DNA of 63,101 bases, counting the filler, from Octopus bimaculoides (lineage: Eukaryota), in the NCBI RefSeq assembly GCF_001194135.2. It is 5 parts of 5 records of this genome, joined end to end, with 100 filler letters (N's around TTAATTAATTAA, not from the genome) between each part and the next. Parts side by side here need not be neighbours in the genome. Positions count along the whole stretch, not along the records: positions 37,051 to 58,974 come from NC_068996.1; positions 59,075 to 60,951 come from NC_068998.1; positions 61,052 to 63,101 come from NW_026333660.1; 2 more parts are not named here. One strand, written 5' to 3'. Each line of letters begins with the position of its first letter. The first letter of the stretch is position 1. Below the pieces are notes generated by a model that did not search any database, was not told where the DNA came from, and saw only the letters and a program-made list of their open reading frames with translations. Shown here in pieces: positions 51,721 to 63,101 of the stretch. The translations under genes were made by a program, and so were the position numbers.

Positions 51721-52570
51721 ATAACATCCTTCAGACTTACATCGTTTATTCCCCTCTCACATTTCCTGGCCTTCTCTTCATGCTCACCTTCTCTTCATGC
51801 TCATCCTCTTTCACTTCACTCTTTCCTTTTCATTTTTTTTCTCGCTCCTCCTTAACACTTCTACCCCTCTGCTTCTCCCCCCCCCCGCGTGACCGGGGTT
51901 CGGCCAAGCCTGACCTTTCTTTCTTGGTTCGACTACCATCCGTGCAACATCTATATTCCTCCTTGTGCCTGTCAAATCATATGTCCCTGCCGTAAGGCTT
52001 TACTTCCACACACGCCAGTTTTATTTGACGAAAGACATCTGTTGTTAATGTCCTGTTATTTGTATTTGTGTACCATTTCTCCATTATTTTCCGTCCTTGT
52101 TTTCGTATACATTCGCTGCCTTTTTCTAAGGAATCCAATGCTCTTAGCTTAGCTTTTCCTTGGGGCTGGCCAGATTGGAGCAATCTCGTGCATAACCAGC
52201 CGAAATTCATAAGACAATCAGAAATTCGACTGAGGAAAGAAAACTCCGAATGACCCGTCTTTGTTTTCTTTGTATCGTCTGTCTGGATGTTTTGCGTTCT
52301 TGTCCCATTTTTGCCTTATATATATATATATATATAATATATATANNNNNNNNNNNNNNNNNNNNNNNNNNNNNNNNNNNNNNNNNNNNNNNNNNNNNNN
52401 NNNNNNNNNNNNNNNNNNNNNNNNNNNNNNNNNNNNNNNNNNNNNNNNNNNNNNNNNNNNNNNNNNNNNNNNNNNNNNNNNNNNNNNNNNNNNNNNNNNN
52501 NNNNNNNNNNNNNNNGAGAGAAAGACAGACATACAGACAGACAGACAGGCAGGCAGATAGACAGATAGAC

Positions 52571-52623
<53 letters not shown>

Positions 52624-53129
52624 TATCTACTTAATGCTTTTGTGATCAATAATGACTAGTCTTTGTTGTTTGATTCGATTCGCTGACGTGTGTGTACGCG
52701 TGCTTGTTTATACTTTATTTAATGTTATTTTGAAATATTAAAATCTGTTGATGTAAAATTAGTGTGTATACGTAATTAATTAGTTTACGTACTTACATGT
52801 TTGTGATGTGCACATAATCGTATATAGTCCAATATGTACTTACTCGGATATAGTCCAACACTTTTAATGAGTATTACTTACTCGGGTGTAGTCCAGTGCT
52901 TTGTGTGTGAGGCGAGCGTATTTACACTTGTTATGCGAGTGATAGAGACGATACACAGTTAAGATACATCATTTCATTCAGAAAATATAAATAAATTTTA
53001 ATGAATATTACTTATTCGGATAAAGTTCAACACTTTGTCAGTTATTTTAGGCTCCTTTTGTTGTCTTTATTCCCGATGTTTTTGGATAGATTTCGGAGCA
53101 GTGTTTTATTGTTCTCATATGTTAAATGT

Positions 53130-53852
53130 CCCCGGTGTTCTCTTAAACTTAAATAGCAAAGAAAGCAAAGATGGTAAGATACGACCAAAGAATGAAGAGA
53201 TACCAGCAGAATAGGTTATTCAGAATAGATCAGAAGAGATTCTACAAACAAATAAATGGAGAGTGTACAGATGGGAAGTTCATACTAGATAACAATGAAA
53301 GTCAAAGGTTTTGGAGTGACATCTGGAGCAAAGACAAGGAGCACAAGAAGGATGCTGAATGGTTGCAAGAACTGAAACAAGCAGTAGTCTGTCCAAAACA
53401 GTTAAGGAAGTGAAGGAAATCAGCAAAAAATTGGTAACTGGAAAGCCCCGGGACCAGATGAAGTTCAAGGCTACTGGAACAAAAGATTTGGTGAATGTCA
53501 TGCACGAATAGCTGCGCAACTCAACACTTTGATACCATATTCTTGGATACGGAATGCATGAGCCTATTTGGTATTGCATCAAATGTTGAGCGATTGCTTG
53601 GAAAACGTGTGGCGGAGTGGAGGACAGAACTGACAGCATATGGAAGAAGCTTAGGGACAATAGAAACCATGAGTGGCATCTTCCAAGGGAACTTCCTGTT
53701 TCCACTGACTTTTGTACTGTGCATGATGCCACTACCACTGATTCTGAGGAAAGCAAAGGTTGGGTGTGTATTTAAGAGACGCCAACAAAAAGTCAACCAC
53801 TTGTTATTCATGAACTTGTTATTCATGGATAACCTCAAACTTTATGACTCTC
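53130..53852 (+). mobile_element. R4/Dong-like reverse transcriptase fragment
   Basis: RYQQNRLFRIDQKRFY, KAPGPD-like, GIFQGNFLFPLTF and NHLLFM..MDNLKLY (degenerate QGD and YMDDLKL motifs). Confidence 0.85.
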
Positions 53853-53860
53853 AGATGATG

Positions 53861-53982
53861 GCAGTTAGACTGAACCCGGAGTGTGATTGCGAAGCTTCTT
53901 ACCACACCTAAAAGTGAGGTGCTTACAGCACCTTGGTTTCCCGACCTGTCACCCATCTAAGTACAAACGTTCAACGTTGCAT
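53861..53982 (-). pseudogene. 5S rRNA-derived fragment followed by a tRNA-derived SINE head
   Basis: 53968-53921 reads GTTTGTACTTAGATGGGTGACAGGTCGGGAAACCAAGGTGCTGTAAGC, 36/48 ungapped against the vertebrate 5S 3' part recalled from memory; then ACCTCACTTTTA and GTGTGGTAAGAAGCTT...GGGTTCAGTC. Confidence 0.65.
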
Positions 53983-55083
53983 CGATAGACCGACAAACAT
54001 GTTTATACATTGATAGATATGAAGATATACAGAAGGGTTGTTAAGCAGATATAGAAATTGATAGACGGAGAGAGTAAGAGACAGACAGACAGCTAGTTAG
54101 ATAGATACATACATACATACATACATACATACATACATACATACATACATACATACATGCATACATGCATACATACATACATACATACAAACATACATAC
54201 ACAAATACATACATACATACATACATACAAACATACATACATACATACATACATACATACATACATACATACATACATCAGACAATTTCCTAGGCTTGCA
54301 CAAAGTATTTCCATGGAAATCAAGGCTAACATGTATAATGAAATACGCTCAAAATTCTGTAAATAATTTGCCAGACTGACATTTCAGATGAATAAAAATT
54401 TATTTAAACGAAAATAAAATCAGCATGTACATACTTTCATAAATTTGGAAAGATCTTTGGATATATGCTTGTCAAAGTACATCTGGGGTTTATAACATAA
54501 CGAAATCAGAAACTAAAAGTATTCTGGAAGATATTCGGAACATAATCAAACTCTATAATCTGCAGAGCGATGGATGGATGAGAACATTGTATTTCTCACA
54601 AAATGGATGTATATTATAGGAATACAGGTGTAGACCTAATATCTGGTTATTGCCAGGTTTCCAAACGTTAATTGTGACATTATAAAACTCTTGATACTTA
54701 AACGCTGGACAGCCTTGTCCATACTGATACACAGTGCAAACAAATCAAATATTTTCTTTAGTTAGCGTACATTTCAAAATCAATATTATTGTTGTCATAA
54801 AACGAAATCTTTTATTGAAATATTTCAAAATGCTTAGCAGGTGATTGTCAAAGAGCCACCAATAACACTGTTACGCGCGTCAACCAATTCAAAAGGACTT
54901 TCTATTGTTAACGTGCATATTCAATAAGTTTTATTTCATATACAACAATAAACGAGTTTGATTAATTTCCTTTATTGTTTGAGAAACGGTAAAACATGAA
55001 ACTCAGACGCATCGCTTGTGAAGTTTGAGCCTTACATACAAATATACATATATACATGCATGCACGCATACAAACATACATAA

Positions 55084-55114
<31 letters not shown>

Positions 55115-55219
55115 GTATATGCATAGGTGCATACATATATATAAGCATACATACATATGGGCATACATACATAAACGCATACACACATAAATGAATGTAA
55201 GCATGCATATGGTATATAT

Positions 55220-58115
55220 ATATCCCTTTCTTCGTACTCAGAGAGCCCCATCTCAATAACCTCCAATTAGAAGCTGAGGTGAGAGTTAAGAATGTTACAG
55301 CCATCCATGCAGATCGTGTTGACAGAAGAAAGGGTGGGACCGCCATTTTCGTGCACGATTCTTTTTCCGTCGAAACAATGGACGCATTTACCAATAACTA
55401 CTCTGAAGCAGCTTCTGTGTTTAGTAAAACCAACAATTTAATAGTAGTTGGGCTCTATAGTTCACCCCTAACTCCTCTACTACGCTGCAAGGACTGCCTC
55501 AACAGCATTAAGTGTTTCATCCATAAGTGTCGTGCTGATGACATATTAATGATGGGGTCTTCAACCATCTCAGTGTTGATTGGTCCAAAAACAGCTTGAA
55601 ACCAGGTTTTTCCACCTCAACCCCTGATAAGGAAGCAACCGAATTGCTTTTTGATTTCATGGATGAGTTTTTCTTGACCCAACTTGTTCTCGAACCAACA
55701 AGGTGCCACAAAAACACTTTCGACCTAGTTTTAAGTAACTACATTGACATTATTCGCAATATTACAGTGGAAAAAAAAAAACACCACTACTCTCAGACCA
55801 TGACACGGTTCTCTGCAATCTGACATTCTACCACCCAAAGATCAAATCCAATGACGACTCTCCAGTCTATCTATTTGACATTATGGCTCTTCATAACGCA
55901 GACTGGGATGCGATCAATTATGATCTTTCACATGTTGGTTGAGCTTTCACGCACGCACATACCCCCTACCAACATAAACACATCATAGCAGACATTTGTA
56001 GATACTGTAACAAATATATGCACCAAAACATACTCCATTAAGATCAGTAAGCAAATCTAAGTGCAGAATCCCTAGAAAAAGAAGAGTAATTATCAGAAAA
56101 ATAAAAAGAATTAACAAGAAAATCAACCAACTTAAATACGAATCGAAAAAATACAACCTCCAAAAAAAGTATGATGATCAACATTAACAAAGAGCTGAGG
56201 ATAGTTGGGCCATTGAGAAAATAAAACTCAATCCCATAGTGTTCCTTTCATTTGCCAAAAACAAAACAAAACATAAAGACGCTGTTTCCACTGTTGGTCG
56301 TCCTCTAGTTGATGAGAACAACACTCTACATGATGATGCAAAATCCATGCTCGAGATACAGCAGAGACAATACTGCTCTGTTCTCAGTAACGCTAATGCA
56401 GTTGATCTGGGTGTATCAGTGGTGTAAACCCTCAACTGACCATATCTTACATAAATTTTGGTGCCCCAAGTATCCTAACAGAAATAAATAAGATCAAGCA
56501 CAACTCGGCAGTAGCTCCCGATAAGTCCCCGGCCACTGTTCTGAAGATATGTCGACATCACATTGCACCCACTCTAACTGAGCTCTGAAGAAACTCACTT
56601 GATGCAGACTACATTCCTTATCATTTTCTTTCCCAGTCTGTCATTCCAGACTTCAAAAAGGGAAACCAATCTCTTCCAGTGAACTACCGTCCGATTTCAC
56701 TCACTTCTCATATCATTAAAGTATTTGAGAGGGTCGCGAGATCGCGAATAAGTCACTTCCTCGAAGACAACAATTTGCTGAACCCCCAACCAGCATGGTT
56801 TCCTTGATGACAGGGAGTGCCTGTCGCAGCTTCTGCACCATTTTGAGGACATCTTAAAAGCGTTGGGAGAAGACTCCAACACTGACATCATATACTTTGA
56901 TTTCAGCAAGGCATTTGACAGAGTGAACCACAAAATTCTGCTGAAGAAACTATCTAACACTGGAGTCCGTGGAAAGCTGCTACAGTGGATAAAGTGTTTC
57001 CTGACGAACAGAACCCAACATGTGTTTGAGGGAATGCGATCCAGCTCAGCCAATGTCAGTAGTGGTGTTCTACAAGGTACTGTACTGGGACCACTCCTCT
57101 TCATTATCTACATCAATGACATAGTAGACGTCATCAAACATTCTACATTGAAAATCTTTGCAAATTGTTCTAAATACCAGAAAGCCATAAACGGTATGGA
57201 GACCGAACATGCCTTTAGTCATATTTGTTTGCTGTTGTCCAATGAGCGGAAAAAAACAATATGCTTCTAAATGTAGGTAAGTTTGATTTGATCCACTTTG
57301 GAAAAAAGAATACTCTGAAATTACCATATGCTCTTCCCTCGGCCGACTCCCTAGTGTCATCCAACAACACCAGAGACCTTGGAGTAATTGTTGATAACAA
57401 TCTAAGCTGGAGTTCCCATCTAAACAGCAAGGTTGCCTTGGCCTGCAAGATGTGCTCCTGGATTCTGAGAACTTTCATAGGCCTAGAAATGCCCACACCA
57501 TCACTCTTGTTTACTCTACTTTTTCCCGACCCAATCTTGAATACTGTTGCCCACTGTGGTCTCCTCATACGAAGGAATTCATTATGAAAGTAGAAGCACT
57601 CCAGAGGTCCATGACAAGAAAGATAGACGGTATGAGAGGCATTGGTTATTGGGGTCGACTAAAAAAATTCAATTTCTACTCTCTCCAACGCCGCCGGAAG
57701 CGTTACATCATTTGTGTGATGTGGGAAATATTCCATCAATATTGCACAAATGATGTTGGTATCAATTTTAAAATCCATTCAAGACTTGGCTCCCGTGCCG
57801 TCCGCCCACTGTAAAAATCGAACTCAGAACACATAATAACATTACGTTACAACTATTTTACATCAACCTATCCAGCTTTAGTACCATACCAAAATACGTC
57901 AAAACGGAAACGAATCTCATAAAATTCAGAAGTTCACTGGACAAATTTCTTCAAAAAATCCCGGATCAGCCTCCTACACCCGGATATGTCTTCAACGATA
58001 ATAACTCTTTGCTAGAGTGAATCACGGTGCCCCATTGATGACTAGAAGACTTCACCAGTTGGTGGTAATAAGTTAGACATGGTCTGGGCCTATACTGGCT
58101 GAAATTTATCAAAGT
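55220..58115 (+). mobile_element. CR1-clade LINE, nearly complete ORF2 (APE + RT) and 3' UTR, pseudogenised
   Basis: APE motifs colinear with 46435-48190; RT motifs NYRPISLTS, YFDFSKAFDRVNH, SGVLQGTVLGPLLFIIYIND and RPNLEYCCPLWSPH; many stops and frameshifts. Confidence 0.93.
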
Positions 58116-58128
58116 TATGAATGTTATT

Positions 58129-58208
<80 letters not shown>

Positions 58209-58216
58209 TGTGTGTG

Positions 58217-58247
<31 letters not shown>

Positions 58248-58974
58248 ATCTTTAAATATTTTTGTGTTACCAGCTTTGACCTCCGCAAAATCCCAAATTT
58301 TATTTAATTTGCTTTGCGGGAGCAGCTGTTTTGTCGAAAACGTATCTTGCCGTTAATTGCTCGAAATACGAAGTAGAAAAACAGCCGACAACTGACGAAG
58401 GGTTGTTTTTTATGTTGTTTGTCTTGTTTTCCCTTTGTTTCTTTCATTGCTCGCAAAAAAGTTCGTATTCCATGTTTTCGCATTTCGTATTTTATATTGT
58501 TTTCGCATTTCATGTTGTTTACGTTCTGTGGTGCCCTGTGCCCATATATGCATGTGTATATACATATATATCAATGTACATATATGTATTTATATATTAT
58601 ATATATAAAGATAGATAGATACATACATACATACAGTCTGTTACGGTCTGTCAGATACCAGCCATGATGAAATACCACAAGGTATTGAAAATGCGTATTC
58701 GCCTTTATATATTTAATCCTTTATATTGAACACTCAATATTTCATATATTCAATAAGTCATTCAATACTTCATTTCATTGTACCATCCATCTTTTTTTAT
58801 ATTATATATTATATATTCCATATTCTATATCCCACATTAATTTTACAAGAATATAAATAAAACATAAAAAACAGACAGAGTTGGAACTCTTTTAAATAAA
58901 ATAATATATTCCTCTATACACGATCATACAAAACCCTTTTTTGTATTTATTTTTACTCACAAATATATATGTAT

Positions 58975-59074
58975 NNNNNNNNNNNNNNNNNNNNNNNNNN
59001 NNNNNNNNNNNNNNNNNNTTAATTAATTAANNNNNNNNNNNNNNNNNNNNNNNNNNNNNNNNNNNNNNNNNNNN
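58975..59074. other. Artificial scaffold linker N44-TTAATTAATTAA-N44
   Basis: Identical to the other linkers. Confidence 0.95.
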
Positions 59075-59437
59075 ATATATATATATATATATATGTATAT
59101 ATATGCAGATATAAAACATACATGAAACATACATAAATATTCATGTTTGCAAGTGTATATGTATGTACCTATGTATATACGAACGGATGTAAGTAAAAGC
59201 CAGTATATGTGTATAGTATGTATGTGTGTGTGCGCGCGTGCACATATATAAATATATATATATATATTATATATATACATATAGATCTGCACATATAGAT
59301 ATAGATACACACACACACACACACACATACATTTATATGGCACACACACACACATACATATGGAATATGATATGTTATATGTACATATGAATTATATATG
59401 GAATCAAATAAATATTCTGGGACATTATATGATATTC

Positions 59438-59470
<33 letters not shown>

Positions 59471-59971
59471 NNNNNNNNNNNNNNNNNNNNNNNNNNNNNN
59501 NNNNNNNNNNNNNNNNNNNNNNNNNNNNNNNNNNNNNNNNNNNNNNNNNNNNNNNNNNNNNNNNNNNNNNNNNNNNNNNNNNNNNNNNNNNNNNNNNNNN
59601 NNNNNNNNNNNNNNNNNNNNNNNNNNNNNNNNNNNNNNNNNNNNNNNNNNNNNNNNNNNNNNNNNNNNNNNNNNNNNNNNNNNNNNNNNNNNNNNNNNNN
59701 NNNNNNNNNNNNNNNNNNNNNNNNNNNNNNNNNNNNNNNNNNNNNNNNNNNNNNNNNNNNNNNNNNNNNNNNNNNNNNNNNNNNNNNNNNNNNNNNNNNN
59801 NNNNNNNNNNNNNNNNNNNNNNNNNNNNNNNNNNNNNNNNNNNNNNNNNNNNNNNNNNNNNNNNNNNNNNNNNNNNNNNNNNNNNNNNNNNNNNNNNNNN
59901 NNNNNNNNNNNNNNNNNNNNNNNNNNNNNNNNNNNNNNNNNNNNNNNNNNNNNNNNNNNNNNNNNNNNNNN

Positions 59972-60144
59972 CTACAACCACCACCACCACCACCATTGCC
60001 ACCACCATTGCCACCACCACCACCACCACCACCACCACCACAACCACTATCGTTGTTTTCACCACCAATATCATCATTGTCGTCGTCGTCGTCGTCGTCG
60101 TCATAATCGCAATCATCATCGTGTTCATTATCATCATCATCATC

Positions 60145-60177
<33 letters not shown>

Positions 60178-60457
60178 GTCATCATCATCATCATCGTCAT
60201 CATCATCGTCATCATCATCATCATCATCATCATCATCGTCATTGTCATCGTCATCATCATCATCGTCATCGTCATCATCATCGTCATCGTCATCATCATC
60301 GTCATCGTCATTGTCATCGTCATCATCATCATCTTCATCATCAGCAGCAGAAGCAGCATCATCATCGTCATCGTCATCATCATCATCATCGTCATCATCA
60401 TCGTCATCGTCATCATCATCATCATCATCATCATCATCGTCATCATCATCGTCATCG

Positions 60458-60492
<35 letters not shown>

Positions 60493-60517
60493 GTCATTGT
60501 CATCGTCNNNNNNNNNN

Positions 60518-60551
<34 letters not shown>

Positions 60552-60951
60552 GTCATTGTCATCGTCATCATCATCATCGTCATCGTCATCATCATCGTCA
60601 TCGTCATCATCATCGTCATCGTCATCATCATCATCACAACCATTACCGCCATCATCATCATCATCATCATCATCATCGTCATCATCATCATCATCATCGT
60701 CATCATCATCATCATCGTCATCATCATCATCACCACCCTTATCGTTGTCGTCCTCGCTGTCGCCGTGTCGCCACCAACACTACCACCTACCCCATCCCCC
60801 ACCACCACCACTCAGCCACCAAATGCTTCATCACTTTTGCAACTACTACCACCACCACCACCACCTTCCTCACACCACTATCTATACTATACCCACAACT
60901 ACTAGCATCACATCAACTACCACCACCACCACTACCACCACCACCACCACC
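59972..60951. repeat. Compound (CAC)/(CAT)/(CGT) trinucleotide tract
   Basis: Directly visible; source of the spurious poly-S/poly-I/poly-H ORFs. Confidence 0.9.
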
Positions 60952-61051
60952 NNNNNNNNNNNNNNNNNNNNNNNNNNNNNNNNNNNNNNNNNNNNTTAAT
61001 TAATTAANNNNNNNNNNNNNNNNNNNNNNNNNNNNNNNNNNNNNNNNNNNN
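60952..61051. other. Artificial scaffold linker N44-TTAATTAATTAA-N44
   Basis: Identical to the other linkers. Confidence 0.95.
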
Positions 61052-61658
61052 AAACAGCTTACAAGTGTGTTTCCATGTGCAAAACACAAGTTTACGAGTG
61101 GCTTCTACGCTTTAGGAATGGTCACTTGTCACTTGAAAACCAATGTCATTCAGGGCGACCGTCGACCTCCTGAACGAATGAAATCATTATGAAAGTTTAT
61201 GAACTGATCTTGGAGAACCGTGGTCGAACAATTGACGATCTTGTTGATATGACTAGTGTATCCTGGAGCTCTTGCCAGCGAATTTTGAACGAGGAATTGC
61301 GAATGAAAAGAGTCGCAGCTAAATTTGTGCCTCGCTTGCTCACGGATGATCAAAAGCAGTCACGACTGAAAGCGTGCCGTGAACTGGAAGAACAGTTGTA
61401 AGTTGATCTGGATATTTTTCCAAGGTCATCACTGCTGACGAAAGTTAGTGCTACGGAATTTTCAGATGTGGAAGAGGTCAAGAAAAACTATGGAAACGTT
61501 AAAAGGCGTAATTTCGCGAGAGTTCCAACACTGCTTCGAATAGCAGACCGATGCATTACTTCAGATGGAGAAACTTTGAAGGCAATAAAAGTCTAAAAGC
61601 AATAAAACTAAGTGAATAAAATATTGCAAAATTCCGGTTTCTTTTGGGTACCCCTTTG
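61052..61658 (+). mobile_element. mariner-family transposon remnant with an internal deletion
   Basis: SGRPST, MKRVAAKFVPRLLTDDQK and ITADES*CYG, then a jump to the C-terminal FSDVEEVK; right end TTCTTTTGGGTACCCCTTTG followed by TA. Confidence 0.88.
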
Positions 61659-62433
61659 TACATACATATTTTTTTTAATTTTTAGCAGAAGCAACAGAGT
61701 GGCTCGAGGGCCGAGAGTTTTGTGCGTCAGCACTTATCAGACACGTCAAACTCATCATACATATATACGCATACATACAATATATATATATATATATATA
61801 TANNNNNNNNNNNNNNNNNNNNNNNNNNNNNNNNNNNNNNNNNNNNNNNNNNNNNNNNNNNNNNNNNNNNNNNNNNNNNNNNNNNNNNNNNNNNNNNNNN
61901 NNNNNNNNNNNNNNNNNNNNNNNNNNNNNNNNNNNNNNNNNNNNNNNNNNNNNNNNNNNNNNNNNNNNNNNNNNNNNNNNNNNNNNNNNNNNNNNNNNNN
62001 NNNNNNNNNNNNNNNNNNNNNNNNNNNNNNNNNNNNNNNNNNNNNNNNNNNNNNNNNNNNNNNNNNNNNNNNNNNNNNNNNNNNNNNNNNNNNNNNNNNN
62101 NNNNNNNNNNNNNNNNNNNNNNNNNNNNNNNNNNNNNNNNNNNNNNNNNNNNNNNNNNNNNNNNNNNNNNNNNNNNNNNNNNNNNNNNNNNNNNNNNNNN
62201 NNNNNNNNNNNNNNNNNNNNNNNNNNNNNNNNNNNNNNNNNNNNNNNNNNNNNNNNNNNNNNNNNNNNNNNNNNNNNNNNNNNNNNNNNNNNNNNNNNNN
62301 NNNNNNNNNNNNNNNNNNNNNNNNNNNNNNNNNNNNNNNNNNNNNNNNNNNNNNNNNNNNNNNNNNNNNNNNNNNNNNNNNNNNNNNNNNNNNNNNNNNN
62401 NNNNNNNNNNNNNNNNNNNNNNNNNNNNNNNNN

Positions 62434-62909
62434 GAAGAAGAAGAAGAAGAAGAAGAAGAAGAAGAAGAAGAAGAAGAAGAAGAAGAAGAAGAAGAAGAAG
62501 AAGAAGAAGAAGAAGAAGAAGAAGAAGAAGAAGAATGCAGAACAGCTAAAACATTAGCAACAGCATCGTTAGCAAGAGCAGCAGGACAGTGATGATAGCA
62601 AGAATAGTCGCAATGTTCGCAATAGTAACATCAGTCACAAAAATCACAACAGCAGCAACAACCATAGCAACAACAACAGTCGCGTTAACAACAGCAGCAA
62701 CAACGATAGTCGCAACAATTACAATAGCAATAACGGCATTCGCAAAAGCTACCACAAGTGCAGCAACAACAACAGTTGCAACACTCACAATTGTAACAGG
62801 AACGGCCGCAACATTGACAATAGCAATATTGCGAATGATATCAGTTGCAATACTACAAGATTCAACAAGAACAACAACTATAATGACAGAATTAATGCAG
62901 TCAAAAACG

Positions 62910-62995
<86 letters not shown>
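62434..62995. repeat. (GAA)n followed by degenerate (ACA/GCA)n, (CTA)n and (CTG)n tracts
   Basis: Directly visible low-complexity trinucleotide sequence. Confidence 0.85.
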
Positions 62996-62998
<3 letters not shown>

Positions 62999-63101
62999 AA
63001 TAGAACAAACAGCTGAGATCAGAGATCATAAGCATAAACGTCGGTAGCCACGCCGTCGCCAGGTGAATTATAATATATACCTATATATATTTATATATAA
63101 T

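Overview
Eukaryotic, AT-rich draft-assembly window, dense in microsatellites and SINEs. The repeat repertoire looks like an octopod cephalopod; this is an inference and no database was consulted. Many N gaps are present, and four of them are artificial 100-bp joins (N44-TTAATTAATTAA-N44), so the window is at least five pieces whose adjacency is not proven. The only host gene found is a P5B-type ATPase (ATP13A2/ATP13A3-like, the polyamine-transporter clade) on the minus strand. I reconstructed 11 exons with consistent splice phases plus one candidate 24-nt microexon between 25548 and 1217 (413 codons with the microexon). They encode M1-M4, the A-domain TGES, PPALP and the FDK of the DKTGT phosphorylation motif. 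The gene runs off the left edge, and its most 5' coding exon(s) were not found. The rest is mobile DNA: R4/Dong-like RLE retrotransposon fragments sitting in (TAA)n tracts, CR1-clade LINEs, Tc1, mariner, a Merlin deletion derivative with an 8-bp TSD, fold-back/MITE elements, several tRNA-derived SINE families and Penelope-like remnants with hammerhead-ribozyme-like motifs. Most long ORFs in the supplied track are artefacts of gaps and microsatellites. I found no clear-cut new multi-gene system. The best leads are: a structurally complete minimal hammerhead variant (37159-37201), a microexon flanked by inverted SINEs, a splice acceptor built from a retrotransposon-target microsatellite, a 5S+tRNA composite head, the Merlin element, and a sharp CpG-decay boundary near the 5' end of the recovered gene.
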